DNA of 64,000 bases from the human T2T-CHM13v2.0 reference genome, Homo sapiens, in NCBI RefSeq assembly GCF_009914755.1, contig NC_060931.1, one strand, 5' to 3'. Positions 20,401 to 34,039 of the stretch are shown piece after piece (the stretch's first letter is position 1; each line of letters begins with the position of its first letter). Below the pieces are notes generated by a model. It saw only the letters and a list, made by a program, of their open reading frames with translations. It had not been told where the DNA came from and searched no databases. The position numbers were made by a program, and so were the translations under genes.

Positions 20401-21114
20401 TTATCAACTTAGGTAGATTTGGGCTGAGACGATGGGGTTTTCTAAATAGAAAATCATGTCATCCACAAACAGGGACAATTTGACTTCCTCTTTTCCTAAT
20501 CGAATACCCTTTATTTCTTTCTCTTGCCTGATTGCCCTGGCCAGAATTTCCAATACTATGTTGAATAGGAGTGGTGAGAGAGGGCATCCTCGTCTTGTGC
20601 CAGTTTTCCAAGGGAATGTACCCAGCTTTTGCCCATTCAGTATGATATTAGCTGTGGGTTTGTCATAAATAGCTCTTACTATTTTGATAGGTTCCATCAA
20701 TACCTAGTTTATTGAGAGTTTTTAGCATGAAAGGCTGTTGAATTTTGTTGACGGCCTTCTCTGAATCTATTGAGATAATCATGTGGTTTTTGTCATTGGT
20801 TCTGTTTATGTGATGGATTATATTTATTGATTTGTGTGTGTTGAAACAGCCTTGCATTTCCAGGATAAAGTGACTTGATGGTGGTGGGTAAGCTTTTTGA
20901 TGTACTGCTGGGTTCAGTTTGCCAGTATTTTATTGAGGATTTTCACATGGGTGTTCATCAGGGATAGTGGACTGAAATTTTCTTTTTTTGTAGAGTCTCT
21001 GCTAGGTTTTGTTATTAGGATGATGCTGGCCTCATAAAATGAGTTAGGGAGGATTCTCTCTTTTTCTCTTGTTTGGAATAGTTTCAGAAGGAATATTATC
21101 AGCTCCTCTTTTTA

Positions 21115-21438
<324 letters not shown>

Positions 21439-21584
21439 CTACTTATTTTGTTGATCTTTTCAAAAAACCAGCTCCTGGATCCATTGACTTTTTGAAGGGT
21501 TTTTTGTGTTTTTATCTCCTTCAGTTCTGCTCTGATCTTAGTTATTTCTTGCCTTCTTTTACATTTGTTTACTCCTGCTTCTCT

Positions 21585-21589
<5 letters not shown>

Positions 21590-21618
<29 letters not shown>

Positions 21619-21902
21619 GAGACAGAGTCTCGCTCTGTCACCCAGGCTATAGTGCAGTGGGGCAATCTCGGTTTGCTGCAAGCTCTGCCTCCCGGGTTCA
21701 CACCATTCTCCTGCCTCAGCCTCCCCAGTAGCTGGGACTACAGGTGCCCGCCACCACACCCGGCTAATTTTTTTTTGTATTTTTAGTAGAGATGGGGTTT
21801 CACCGTTTTAGCCAGGATGGTCTCGATCTCCTGACCTCGTGATCTGCCCATCTCAGTCTCCCAAAGTGCTGGGATTACAGGCATGAGCCACTGCGCCTCG
21901 CC
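21590..21902 (-). mobile_element. AluY nested in L1PA7 ORF2
   Basis: AluY diagnostics (GCAAGCTC, TTCACACCATTC); TSD TCT(A/G)GTTCTTTT at 21582-21593 and 21903-21914. Confidence 0.93.
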
Positions 21903-24676
21903 TCTGGTTCTTTTAAATGTGGTGTTAAGGTGTTGATTTTAGATCTTTCCTGTTTTCTCTTGTGGGCATTTAGTGCTATAAATTGCCCTCTACACACTGC
22001 TTTAAATGTGTCCCAGAAATTCTGGCATGTTGTATATTTGTTCTCAACAATTAGTTTCAAAGAACATCTTTATTTCTCCCTTAATTTCGTTATTTACCCA
22101 GTAGTCATTCAGGAGCAGGTTTTTCTGTTTCCATGTAGTTGCATGGTTTTGAGTGAGTTTCTTAATCCTGAGTTCTAATTTGATTGCACTGTGGTCTGAG
22201 AGACTGTTTGTTATAATTTCTGTTTTTTTTGCATTTGCTGAGGAGTGTTTTACTTCCAATTATGTGGTCAGTTTTAGAATAAGTGTGATGTGGTGCTAAG
22301 AAGAATGTATATTCTGTTGATTTGGGGTGGAGAGTTTTGTAGATGTCTATTAGGTCTGCTTGGTCCAGAGCTGAGTTCAAGTCCTGGATATCCTTGTTAA
22401 TTTTCTGTCTCTATGATCTGTCTAATATTGACAGTGGGGTGTTAAAGTCTCCCACTATTATTGTGAGGGAGTCTAAGTCTCTTTGTAGGTCTATAAGAAC
22501 TTGCTTTATGAATCTGGGTTTTCCTGCATTGGAAGCATATATATTTAGGATAGTTAGCTCTTCTTGTTGCATTGATCCCTTTACCATTATGTAATGCCCT
22601 TCTTTGTCTCTTTTGATCTTTGTTGGTTTAAAGTCTGTTTTATCAGGAGACTAGGATTGCAACCCCTACTTTATTTTGCTTTCCATTTGCTTGATAAGTC
22701 TTCCTCCATCCCTTTATTTTGAGCCTGTCTGTGTCTTTGCACATGAGATGGGTCTCCTGAATACAGCACACTGATGGTTCTTGACTTTTTATCCAGTTTG
22801 CCCTCTGTGTCCTTTAGTTGGGGCATTTAGCCCATTTACTTTACTTTTAAGCTTAATATTGTTATGTGTGAGTTTGATCCTGTCATTATGATGCTAGCTG
22901 GTTATTCTTCCCATTAGTTGATGCAGTTTCTTCATAGCATTGATGGTCTTTACAATTTCTTATGTTTTTGCAGTGGCTGCTACCAGTTGTTCCTTTCCAC
23001 ATTTAGTGCTTCCTTCAGGAGCTCTTGTAAGGCAGGCCTGCTGGTGACAAAATCTCTCAGCATTTGCTTGTCTGTAAAGGATTTTATTTCTCCTTTGCTT
23101 ATGAACCTTAGTTTGGCTGGATATGAAATTCTGGGATGAAAATTCTTTTCTTTAAGAATGTTGAATATTGGCCCCCACTCTCTTCTGGCTTGTAGGTTTT
23201 CTGCTGAGAGATCCACTGTTAGTCTGTTGGGCTTCCCTTTGTGGGTAACCTGACCTTTCTCTCTGGCTGCCCTTAACACTGTTTCCTTCATTTCGACCTT
23301 GGTGAATCTGACGATTATGTGTCTTGGGGTTGCTCTTCTCAAGGAGCATCTTTATGGTGTTCTCTGTATTTCCTGAATTTGAATGTTGGCCTGCCTTGCT
23401 AGGTTGGGGAAGTTCTCCTGGATAATATCCTGCAGAGTGTTTTCCAACTTGGTTCCATTCTCCCCATCACTTTCAGGTACACCAATCAAACGTAGATTTG
23501 GTCTTTTCACATAGTCCTATATTTCTTGGAGGCTTTGTTCCTTTCTTTGCACTCTTTTCTCTAATCTTGTCTTCTCGCTTTATTTCATTGAGTTAATCTT
23601 CAATCTCTGATAGCCTTTCTTCCACTTGATAGATTCAGCTATTGATACTTGTGTATGCTTCACGAAGTTCTTGTGCCATGTTTTTCAGCTGAGGTCATTT
23701 ATGTTCTTCTCTAAACTGGTTATTCTAGTTAGCAATTAGTCTAACCTTTTTTCAAGGTTCTTAGCTTCCTTGGATTAGGTTAGAACATGCTCCTTTAGCT
23801 CGGAGGAGTTTGTTATTACCCACCTTCTGAAGCCTATTTCTGACAATTCGTCAAACTCATTCTCCATCCAATTTTTTTCCCTTGCTGGTGAGGAGTTGTG
23901 ATCCTTTGTAGGAGAAGAGGTTCTTCTGGTTTTTGGAATTTTCAGCTTTTTTTGCTGGTTTCTCCCCATCTTCGTGGATTTATCTACTTTTGGTCTTTGA
24001 TGTCAGTGACCTTCAGCTGGGATCTCTGAGTGGACATCCTTTTTGTTGATGTTGGTGCTATTCCTTTCTGTTTGTTAGTTTTCCTTCTAATAGTCAGGCC
24101 CCTCTCCTGCAGGTCTGCTGGAGTTTGCTGGAGGTCCACTCCACACCCTGTTTGCCTGGGTATCACCAGTGGAGGCTGTGGAACAGCAAAGATTGCTGGC
24201 TGTTCTTTCCTCTGGAAGCTTCATCCCACAGAGGCACCCGCCAGATGTCAGCCAGAGCTCTCCTGTATGAGGTGTCTGTAGGCCCCTATCAGGAGGTGTC
24301 TCCTAGTCGGGATACATAGGAGTCAGGGACCCACTTGAGGAGGCAGTCTGTCCCTTACAGAGCTCAAATGCTGTGCTGGGAGATCTGCTACTCTCTTTGG
24401 AGCTGCCAGGCAGGAACATTGAATTCTGCTGAATCTGTGCCCCAACCACCCCTTTCCCCAGGTGCTCTGTCCCAGGGAGGTGGGGGTTTTATCTATAAGC
24501 CCCTGACTGGGGCTGCTGCCTTTTTTTCAGAGATGCCCTGCTCAAAGAGGAGGGACTCTGAAGAGGCAGTCTGGCTGCACTGGCCTTACTGAGCTGCAGT
24601 GGGCTCTGCCTAGTTTGAACTTCCTGGCGTCTTTGTTTACACTGTGAGGGTAAAACTGCCTACTCTAGCCTCAGCA

Positions 24677-24895
24677 ATGGTGGATGCCCCTCCCTCTACC
24701 AAGGTTGAGCATCCCAGGTCCAGCTCAGACTGCTGTGCTAGCAGTGAGAATTTCAAGCCAGTGGATCTTAGCCTGCTGGGCTCTGTCGGGGTGGGACCCA
24801 ACGAGCCAGACCACTTGACTCCCTGGCTTCAGCCCCCTTTCCAGGGGAGTGAACAGTTCTGTCTCACTGGTGTTCTGGGCAACACTGGGGTATGA
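24677..24895 (+). CDS. Candidate ORF0-homologous frame (72 aa), antisense in the L1PA7 5'UTR; expression unknown
   Basis: GCAATGG strong Kozak context; MVDAPP...SDCCAS...SVGVGPNEP aligns with the L1 ORF0 N-terminus as I recall it (MAGAPP...SDCCAS...SVGVGPSEP). Confidence 0.4.
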   Translation: MVDAPPSTKVEHPRSSSDCCASSENFKPVDLSLLGSVGVGPNEPDHLTPWLQPPFQGSEQFCLTGVLGNTGV

Positions 24896-26879
24896 AAAAA
24901 AAAAAAAAAAAACTTCTGTGGCTAGCTCAGTGTCCACCCAAATGACCACCCTGTTTTGTGCTGGAAACCCAGGGCCCTGGTGGTGTAGGCATGGGAAGGA
25001 ATCTCCTGGCCTGTGGGTTGTAAAGACCATGGGGAAAGCACAGTATCTGGGCCGGAGTGCAAGGTACAGTCCCTAATGGCTTCCCTTGGCTGGTAGAGGG
25101 AGTTCCCTGACCCCTTGTGCTTACTGGGTAAGGCAATACCCCACCCTGCTTCAGCTCACCCTCCTTGGGCTGCCCCCACTGTCCAACCAGTCCCAATGAG
25201 ATGAACTGGGTAACTCAGTTGGAAATGCAGAAATCACCCACCTTCTGCATCAATCTCACTGGGAGGTGCAGACCAGAGCTGTTCCTATTCAGCCATCTTG
25301 CCAGCAATCCTTGCTGAAATTTTTTTCATATGATTGTTGGCCACATGTATGTCTTCTTTTGAAAAGTGTCTGTTCATGTCCTTTGCCCATTTTTTAATGG
25401 GGTTGTTTGTTTCTTATAAATTTGGTTAAGTTTCTTATAGATGCTGGATATTAGACCTTTGTCAAATTTTTGCATAGTTTGCATTCTGTAGGTTGTCTGT
25501 TCACTCTGTTGATAGTTTCCTTGCTGTGCAGAAGCTCTTTCATTTAATTAGATCCCATTTGTCAATTTTTGCTTCTGTTGCAATTACTTTTGGTATCTTC
25601 ATCATGAAGTCTTTGCCAATTCCTATGTCCTGAATGGTGTTGCCTAGGTTGTCTTCCAGGGTTTTTATAATTTTGTTAACCCAGTAATCTTAATCCTACA
25701 GCAATGAAAAAGTTTATTTGTTAAGTTTACATTTTTGGTAAATTTCAAAATACATCCAACTTTGAGTTTCACTTTGAGAATACCTTCAGAAATTATGATT
25801 CTGTGAATTTTAAACTTTAATCAGTATTTCAAAATATTTATTTGATGGCTTTATGACCATGGGACTTAACACTCTTCACCAAATTTGTGAGTTAGAGTTG
25901 CAGTAATCCCTCCCAACTGATTAAGGCAGAGAACCTTAATGCAGAAAGTGGTGTGGAACCTCTCTCTGAAGCTCAGGCTCACAAATATTTCTTTGCCTTC
26001 AGCTGAGAGTGCTTTAGGCTTGGAATTTGAATCAAACTTAGTGCCAAGTCTTATGAAGTGAAAGGTCACCTAGTTAATGGAATGGTTTTAATAAAATGAG
26101 AATAGCTTTTTGTTATATAAAAAGAAAGTAAGCAAGTTCCAAAATGGAAGACTGAATAGTTATTCTAATAAGAAAATCAGACTTAGAAACATAGCAAAGT
26201 TATTCATTACTTTCTTGAATAAAAATTTATTTTGTGCCACTTACCTCTGTTTTAATTTTTACATTGGAGTACATTTCTTATATTTGTATTAATTTTTTAA
26301 TTACAGTAGGTATTGCTGGGTCATCTCACTCAGAATGTGAAAAATAGAGTATGAATACTGAAGCTCTATTGCTATTAGAACTGGAGATAAACTGTATGTG
26401 CATTGATAATTAAAACTCACCTTTCAATATTTATTATTTTAAAAACAAATTTTCAAGCCAGACATACCATTAATTCAAAGTCACAACTAACAAAGTCATC
26501 CAAGATTAGCCATTTGTATCACAAAACTGAAAATGCTTCTCAATTCTGTAGAGTATGGATGTTCATTATTGAGTTTATGGATTACTATGGTTAATTTAAA
26601 CAATAGGAACCATCTGTGTGAAGATTTACACTAAAGCTAAATTAAAGATTGAGGAGCAAGCAAGTTAATTGTACACATAAACAAATATGCTTATTATAAT
26701 TTATATTTGGGTGAGCTGATACTGATTGCTTCAATGTTTTCAATGTTTGGATGCCAACTGCCTCCATTTTTTTCACTTCCATTTTATATAAAAACTTTAA
26801 ATCAGCCTTTTAGTCAAATTAGTCTATTGAAAATCTTCTGAGAAATCTGATCATTTTCTAATTGCTAGTGCCAATAATT

Positions 26880-27644
26880 TTTTTAATATATTTAAATCAA
26901 AGTTTAACATACATGTAGAAAAAAATGCACAAATTATAACTGCACAGCTCAATGTATTCTCTTTCTTAAAGGCAAGCACTATCTTAACTTTATGGTTTAG
27001 TTTTGCCTGATTTTTGAGCATCCTATAAGTATAATCACATAGTACTTCTGTATGTGTGTGTGTGTTGGCTTTGCTCTACCCAATATTTTTGAAATTCTTC
27101 TATGTTGTTAGGTGTAGCTATTTGTTTTAGTTTTTGTAGTGTATTCCACTATAGAACATACCATAATTTATCTGTTTTACTGCTGATGGATATTTGTGTT
27201 TATAGCTAGGTTTGGGCTCTTATGAATAATGATGCTTCTATGAACACTTTTGTGCACATATTTCTATTAAGTTGTATATTCACGAGTGGATTATTTTATC
27301 ATAGGATGAATATTCTTGACTTTTGTAGATAACACCAACAAGTTTCTCCAAATGGTGGTAACGATTTATGCTTCCATCAGTGATGTAGTCTAGTGATCTA
27401 ATTCTTCAAATATAGTATTTCAAGTTTTGAATTTTAGCTAAATAGGCGATACTGATATTGCATCTTTATTTGCACTTCCTTGATTACTAATGAAATTCAT
27501 TACTTTTCACAAAGCTGATGTTTATTTGGATTTTCTATTTTGTGCAGTGCTGGTTCAAGGCTTTTGCTCATTATTTTAAAAACAGATTATTTTTTCTTAT
27601 TAATTTGTTCTTATATATGTAAAATATCTCCTCCCAGTCTGTGG

Positions 27645-27683
<39 letters not shown>

Positions 27684-27870
27684 AACTGTCTTAACTGTGT
27701 CATTTGAGGAACATAAGTTTTAGATTTTAAAAAAGTCAAATTCATCAGTTTTTTTTTAATTGTTGGTACTTTTTCTGTGTCCTGTTGCAGAAATTTGTTT
27801 CTCATCCTGAAGGCATGAGAATATTTCTTTTATTGTCTTCTAGATGTTTATTAATTTTCCTTTTATAAAT
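26880..27870 (-). mobile_element. Ancient L1 (L1ME/L1MD-type) 3' fragment containing (TG)n at about 27650-27680
   Basis: Degenerate L1 3'UTR/ORF2-end motifs (TGCACAAATTATAACTGCACAGCTCAATG; TGCTGATGGATATTTG). Confidence 0.65.
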
Positions 27871-28532
27871 CACATTTGAACATTGTGAGAGTTAGAGAAC
27901 AAGCCAAACAAGGCTTGTAGGAGCATTAACCCATAAAAGTGGAGGATCTTTAAGTTCCACATAAAGTCAAAGACTCAAAACAGTTTTTACTTTAACCAGA
28001 AATTATAACATATCTTCCAAGATTCAGGAAAAATAAAGTAGAAATAGCATTTTTAGAAACAACAGGAGGTAGAGTTCTGCCTGTCATCAGTGTGCTTTGT
28101 GACTTTCCACTTAATTGGATTGCAGAACTCCTGAGTGTGCTCAAGAGTGAATTGCTTTGGAATGGGAGGACTGCAAGCCCAGCTTCCCTGAAGACTGCCA
28201 CTGGGGAGCAGCAGATTTCACACAGGGGAAAGCCTTTGAACTTCTTGCAGGAAAGACAGTATATCTCAGTTAAGAGATATATGTTTGGAGAAAATCATAG
28301 TCCTTGTTTTTTCCCATGCAGATGGATTTTTATCTGAATTCTGATGTGTTTGTCACCAAACAGAAAATAAAACATGAGACATTAACTAAAAGACAAAAGT
28401 TTGAAAGGAAATAAGCTTCACAATTACTCAAGATGGAATCCATTCTACAATTTTTTTTCCTACAACATCTGTTTTACATTTCCCGATTAGCAATACTTTC
28501 ATGAGAATTTAACAGATGAAATGAAAGTATAT

Positions 28533-28894
28533 AGAATTAGTCCATTTTCACACTGCTGATAGAGACATACCTGAAACTGGGCAATTTACAAAAGAAAGAG
28601 ATTTAATTGGACTCATAGTTCCACATGGCTGGGGAGGCCTCAATCATGGTGGAAGGTAAGGAGGAACAAGTCACATCTTACGTGGATGGCAGCAGGCAGA
28701 AAGGGCTTGTGCAGGGAAATTCCCATTTTTAAAACCATCAGATCTTGTGAGACTCCTTCACTATCATGAGAACAGCACAGGAAAGACCCACTCCCATGAT
28801 TCAGTCATCTCCCACTGGGTCCCTCCACAACATGTGGGAATTATGGGAGCTACGAGATGAGATTTGGGTGGGGACCCAGAGCCAAACCATATCA
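28533..28894 (-). mobile_element. THE1 (THE1A-like) solo LTR
   Basis: ATTAGTCCATTTTCACACTGCTGAT...AGAGCCAAACCATATCA; 5-bp TSD TATAT at 28528-28532 and 28895-28899. Confidence 0.92.
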
Positions 28895-29252
28895 TATATG
28901 TAGATATGAAGATAAATATTCTGGTTCCACTTACCCTTGTAAATTAGGTTTTCAAAGTAGTTCTGATACTCTTAAAGAAGTTAATGATAATTAGAGTAGA
29001 TTCCCTGAACTGAGTCTTGAATGGGTTCAATGTTTGTCATTTGAAAGGACTTGAGTAAAGAAATTACAGAAATGTGAATGACATTGATTGGTCTAGGTTC
29101 TTATTGGGTGGAGGATGGTGGAAAAGTTTTCAAATTTACATAAGGCCTGATTTGGAGTGTGTTGAAAACTAAGCAGAGAGGTTTGGGTTTGATGCATCAG
29201 AAAATACTGAAAACTTTTGGAGAAATTTAAAAGTGCTGAAAAGCAATATTTA

Positions 29253-29606
<354 letters not shown>

Positions 29607-29669
29607 CTATGATGACAGGCCTGCTGAGGAGGCTTCCAAGGAGAAGAGGTGGTCAAATAGAGTAGAGAG

Positions 29670-30066
29670 TCACTCCCGTCCGTGAGAAGAGACCACCAAA
29701 CAGGCTTTGTGTGAGCACCAAGGCTGTTTATTTCACCTGGGTACAGGCGGGCTGAGTCCTAAAAGAGAGTCAGCGAAGGGAGATAGGGGTGGGGCCATTT
29801 TATAGGATTTGGGTAGGTAAAGGAAAATTAGTCAAAGGGGGTTGTTCTTTGGTAGGCAGGAGTGGGGGTCACAAGGTGCTCAGTTGGGGAGCTTTTGAGC
29901 CAGGATGAGCCAGGGTAAGGAATTTCACAAGGTAATGTCATCAGTTAAGGCAGGAAAAGGCCATTTTCACTTCTTTTGTGATTCTTCAGTTACTTCAGGC
30001 TATCTGGATGTATATGTGCAGGTCACAGGGGATATGATGGCTTAGCTTGGGCTCAGAGGCCTGACA
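29670..30066 (-). mobile_element. LTR7-family solo LTR (HERV-H)
   Basis: Reverse complement starts TGTCAGGCCTCTGAGCCCAAGCTAAGCC and contains CCTATAAAA and AATAAA; GAGAG at 29665-29669 and 30067-30071. Confidence 0.93.
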
Positions 30067-30144
30067 GAGAGCACCTTTCCAATCAGAAAAGCCTGGTGGT
30101 AACACTACCTTTATCATCTAGCCTCTCTGAGCCTACTTCTTATA

Positions 30145-30455
30145 TAAATCAGGAATCTTTTGCTGGCAAGTAATTGAATTCCAACTCAATCTAGATTTAA
30201 CAAAAGAAGAAATTTCTTGGATAATTACTGGATTGGCCTCACAAAGCTGAACAACCAAGGTTTGGGAAAACATGAACCCAGACAGCTGGGGGAACTCAAG
30301 AAATTGAACTAGAGATATAAAACCTGCCAGAATTCTCTTTTCTTCTCTAAGGAAGTTGGGGAAGGTTTCACAATGGGGTAAGGGATGTGACTATTCATAA
30401 CTTTGTGCTCACCTCTTCTTGCTTCATTGCCAAGGAGAAAAGGGCTCTTTCTACA
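30145..30455. mobile_element. Degenerate MLT1J/K-like LTR fragment
   Basis: GCAAGTAATTGAATTCCAACTCAATCTAGATTTAACAAAAG resembles old MLT1 termini. Confidence 0.4.
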
Positions 30456-30460
30456 ATTGA

Positions 30461-30762
<302 letters not shown>

Positions 30763-30799
30763 GAAGTCCTTAAGTTTTGAGAAAAGCCTAACTTATAAG

Positions 30800-30945
30800 C
30801 TTAGGCAAGTTTCTTAAATCTCTGTGCCTCTGTCTCCTCTTCTGATAAATGGGAAAAACAATAGGACTTACATCATAGGGTTGTTGTAAGGAGTAAATGA
30901 CTTAAAATATTTAAAGTGTTTGGAATAGTTGCCAGCACAAAGCTG
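30800..30945 (+). mobile_element. MIR
   Basis: GGCAAGTTTCTTAAATCTCTGTGCCTC...CATAGGGTTGTTGTAAGGAGTAAATGA. Confidence 0.75.
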
Positions 30946-31129
30946 TTGTTGTTATTGCATGATTGATTGTTGTTGTCTCACCCCGGGACATCTCTGTGGC
31001 CAGAGGTTGACCTAAATATGTCTGGGAGCAGGAATGAGAGCACTGTCATTGGCATCACAGGAATGGGGCAGAGCAGGAGCCCCAAAAGAGGATGTGGGAA
31101 AGGAAGGTGTGTCAGCCAAACAAAAACAG

Positions 31130-31250
31130 CTTTCCACTGTTTTCCTCATCCATAAAATAGCTTTACTATTAAGTTAAGTGTGATTGTGAGAATAATGATG
31201 TATGTGAAGTGCCTGTCATGTGGCAGGCCTTCAAGATATAATAGTTACTT
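31130..31250 (+). mobile_element. MIR fragment
   Basis: GTTTTCCTCATCCATAAAATAG...ATGTATGTGAAGTGCCTG. Confidence 0.6.
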
Positions 31251-31850
31251 AATCTACACATGACAAAACCACAGCCTGGGCTGGTTACAGTAATGGGCAT
31301 TAATGAAATTATTATTTTGAAGGAAAATCAGAAGGATCTAGATTGGTTTGTGGATTGTATTGATGGTGGCCAGGGGCTGTGACTTTGGATGTTTTCCTAT
31401 TAGGCTCTGCCTTGTAACAGAGAGCAGTCATACTTACATATATTCACATTAAAAGCATGTCTTGTTATTTCCTCCTATGGCCCTGGGAGTGGGAGTGTTC
31501 CTCAGGAAGAGGTGCATCCTGCAGTGTCTCTAGCTGGGTGGTATTTGGTCCATGCTACAGTCTAAGCAGCCTGAAGGGTGCCAGGATCCTGGGTTATACT
31601 TCTTTCAGTCAGAGGCTGTGGCCTCTTTAGTAACTGTCTCAGCAGACATATAAGTGTCCACAGCTGGCCAAAGAGAATACTGCTATCCCAAACCCATAAT
31701 GGGAGAGGGTGTCCTTTTTTTGTGAGGCTAACAGGAGTATTGTGGTTCTTACCAGTTGCTACCAGATGACTCAGTTATTCTACTCTTTGCCTCATCTCAA
31801 TATCCATGTTATTCAAAATCCAAACCAACACTTACATCATCATATTACAT

Positions 31851-32361
31851 TGTGATGATTAATTCTATAGGCCAACTTGATTGGGTCTTGAGTGTCATGG
31901 GCTGCTGGCTAACCATTATTTCTCATCCTCATGTGCCTCTGAGGATGTTTCTGGAAAAAATTCCCATTTGAATGGGCAGACTGAGTAAAGCACATGACCC
32001 TCCCCAGCATGAGTGGGTATCATCCAGTCCATTGAGGGCCTGAATAGAACAAAAAGGCCAAGGAAGGTTTAATTAACTCTGACGGACTGCTTGATCTGGG
32101 ACATCAGTCTTCCTCTGTTGGTGCTCCTGGCTCTCAAGTCTTTAGACCCAGACTGGAATCTATACTATTGGCTCTCAGGCTCTCAGACCTTGGAACTACA
32201 TCACCAGCTTTCCTGGGCCTCTAGCTTGTAGATTGCAGATTGTGAACCTTCTCAGACTCCATAATGCCTGAGCAACAACTTAATAAATTCCATCATATAT
32301 ATATATATATATGCATTATCTCCCATTGGTTCAATTTCTCTGGAGAACCCTGACCAATACA
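31851..32361 (+). mobile_element. MLT2 (ERVL) solo LTR, MLT2D-like
   Basis: TGTGATGATTAATT...CTGGAGAACCCTGACCAATACA; TSD TACAT/TACAG. Confidence 0.88.
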
Positions 32362-33150
32362 TACAGTTCATAAATTTTGGCATCTAGTCTTCTACTAGTT
32401 AAATTGGTAATCTAATGATCATCTTTTTAAAAAATCCATGATATGATACATTGAGAATGGAAATCCAGGCCCAAGAGAGAGAATCCCAGACCTTCTTCAG
32501 CCTCAGAAATAAAAGATAGGCTTTTAAGGCCTCAGCTGAGAGACATGAAAATATTTTTTCATTTTAAATCCTTTAGAATGTATAAGGTAGAATACTCAAA
32601 CCCTCAGTGATCCTTTGTCTGTGATGTGCTCGGGATGAGCAAGAAAAACTGCACTGCGAATCCTAGCAAGCTTTTAACTGTGGCATTGCTCTGAAAAAAA
32701 TTACGTGAAAGGAGTTTTATAAGCATTTGATTGACATCGATTCTCACAGGAAAGAAAAAGCCTGGGAAGAGAATGAGGAAGAAAAAATTGAACTTTTGAT
32801 TTATAGTTCAAGAGCACAGCAGACTAAAGAGAATTAAATAAAGGAGGTTAGGGAACAAAACAGAAAAGAAGGTAAAATATAGGTGGTAAAAAGGAAGCTA
32901 CAGAGGATTCTACAGAACAGGAGATTGTGGGATATCTTTGTTTCAAGATAGTACTCTCTAATGTGTGGGAAATTGGGAGAGGGTTTATTATTTGTGAGGG
33001 TTACTTGACTTCATGTTAAGTGTTGATGACACTCATTGACCAGAGTTTTATTTGACATGCAAAATCCCTAGTTTGCACCTAAAATTTTATTATTTCTTTA
33101 TAATCTCAATAATCCTGAGGCTGCCAAACGTGTGTGCACATATACCTATT

Positions 33151-33191
33151 TGTGTGTGTGTGTGTGTATATATATATGTGTGTGTGTGTGT
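33151..33191. repeat. (TG)n(TA)n(TG)n microsatellite
   Basis: Direct reading. Confidence 0.9.
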
Positions 33192-33197
33192 TCTTTG

Positions 33198-33372
33198 TAG
33201 GAACACATCCAAAATGGGTGCAACCAGCACTACCATTTCCTTCTCTAACAAAATTGTAATACAATATATATTATATTACAATTATGTAATTGTATTATAA
33301 TTATGTATTATTACAATTCTGTTATAGAAGAAAAAAGTAGTGCAGGTTGCACCCATCTTGGATGTGTTTCTA
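33198..33372. repeat. Long inverted repeat (64-bp arms, 47-bp AT-rich spacer)
   Basis: 33198-33261 versus the reverse complement of 33309-33372: 56/64 identical, ungapped. Confidence 0.93.
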
Positions 33373-34039
33373 TGACAACAGTACCTCATCTGCTCATATA
33401 TCAGCTTTATGCTAATTTTGTTATTAATACATTGGTTGACTTTGGAGTTAGAGCCTTCTAAATTACCTGGTTGTATTGAGCAAATGAATTAATATTCACC
33501 ATTCCCCATCCTAACTAATTAATAGCAGTGGAGCAGTAGCAGTAACAATTTCTACCTCTCTAGTATTTTACAATTTACAAAGTGCTTTCTTAGATTTATC
33601 TCATTTGATAAATAGATATACAAGTGAGTGCTGCATGCATGCAACTAGCTCTTTTGGCAAACAAAATGCCATAGTTAAGTGAGGGTATGTATCTCTTTTC
33701 TTACAACCATAGGTATTGAATTCTATACCAAGCCCTATTTCAATAAAAAATTTAAGTAGACAAATATCGGTTGCAACATGAACGATAGGTTTAATTAATA
33801 CAAAAGACACAGAAAGCATGTTAATAACCAAAACTGCAGTGCTCTACCCACTGAGCATCAGACAGTAACACAGAAAAGTAAAACAAGCTCTACTGCTGAT
33901 TAAGATTAATTGAAAAGATTCCCAGAAAGTAGAAAAGTACAGCTCAATTTTGCTTTAAAAACGTTAAATATATTTAGCACATGCGTTTCTTTTTGTAATT
34001 GATTTATGGCTGATTATCATTTAAAAGAGTTTGATTTAA

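Noticed and set aside
21800-21820. CCTGGCTAAAACGGTG variant hinting at a young AluYa subfamily
   Set aside because: A single diagnostic position in a copy with many private substitutions and a mismatched TSD
27992-28337. Overlapping 69/81-aa ORFs in unique sequence as a possible exon
   Set aside because: No recognisable protein similarity or convincing splice-site pair
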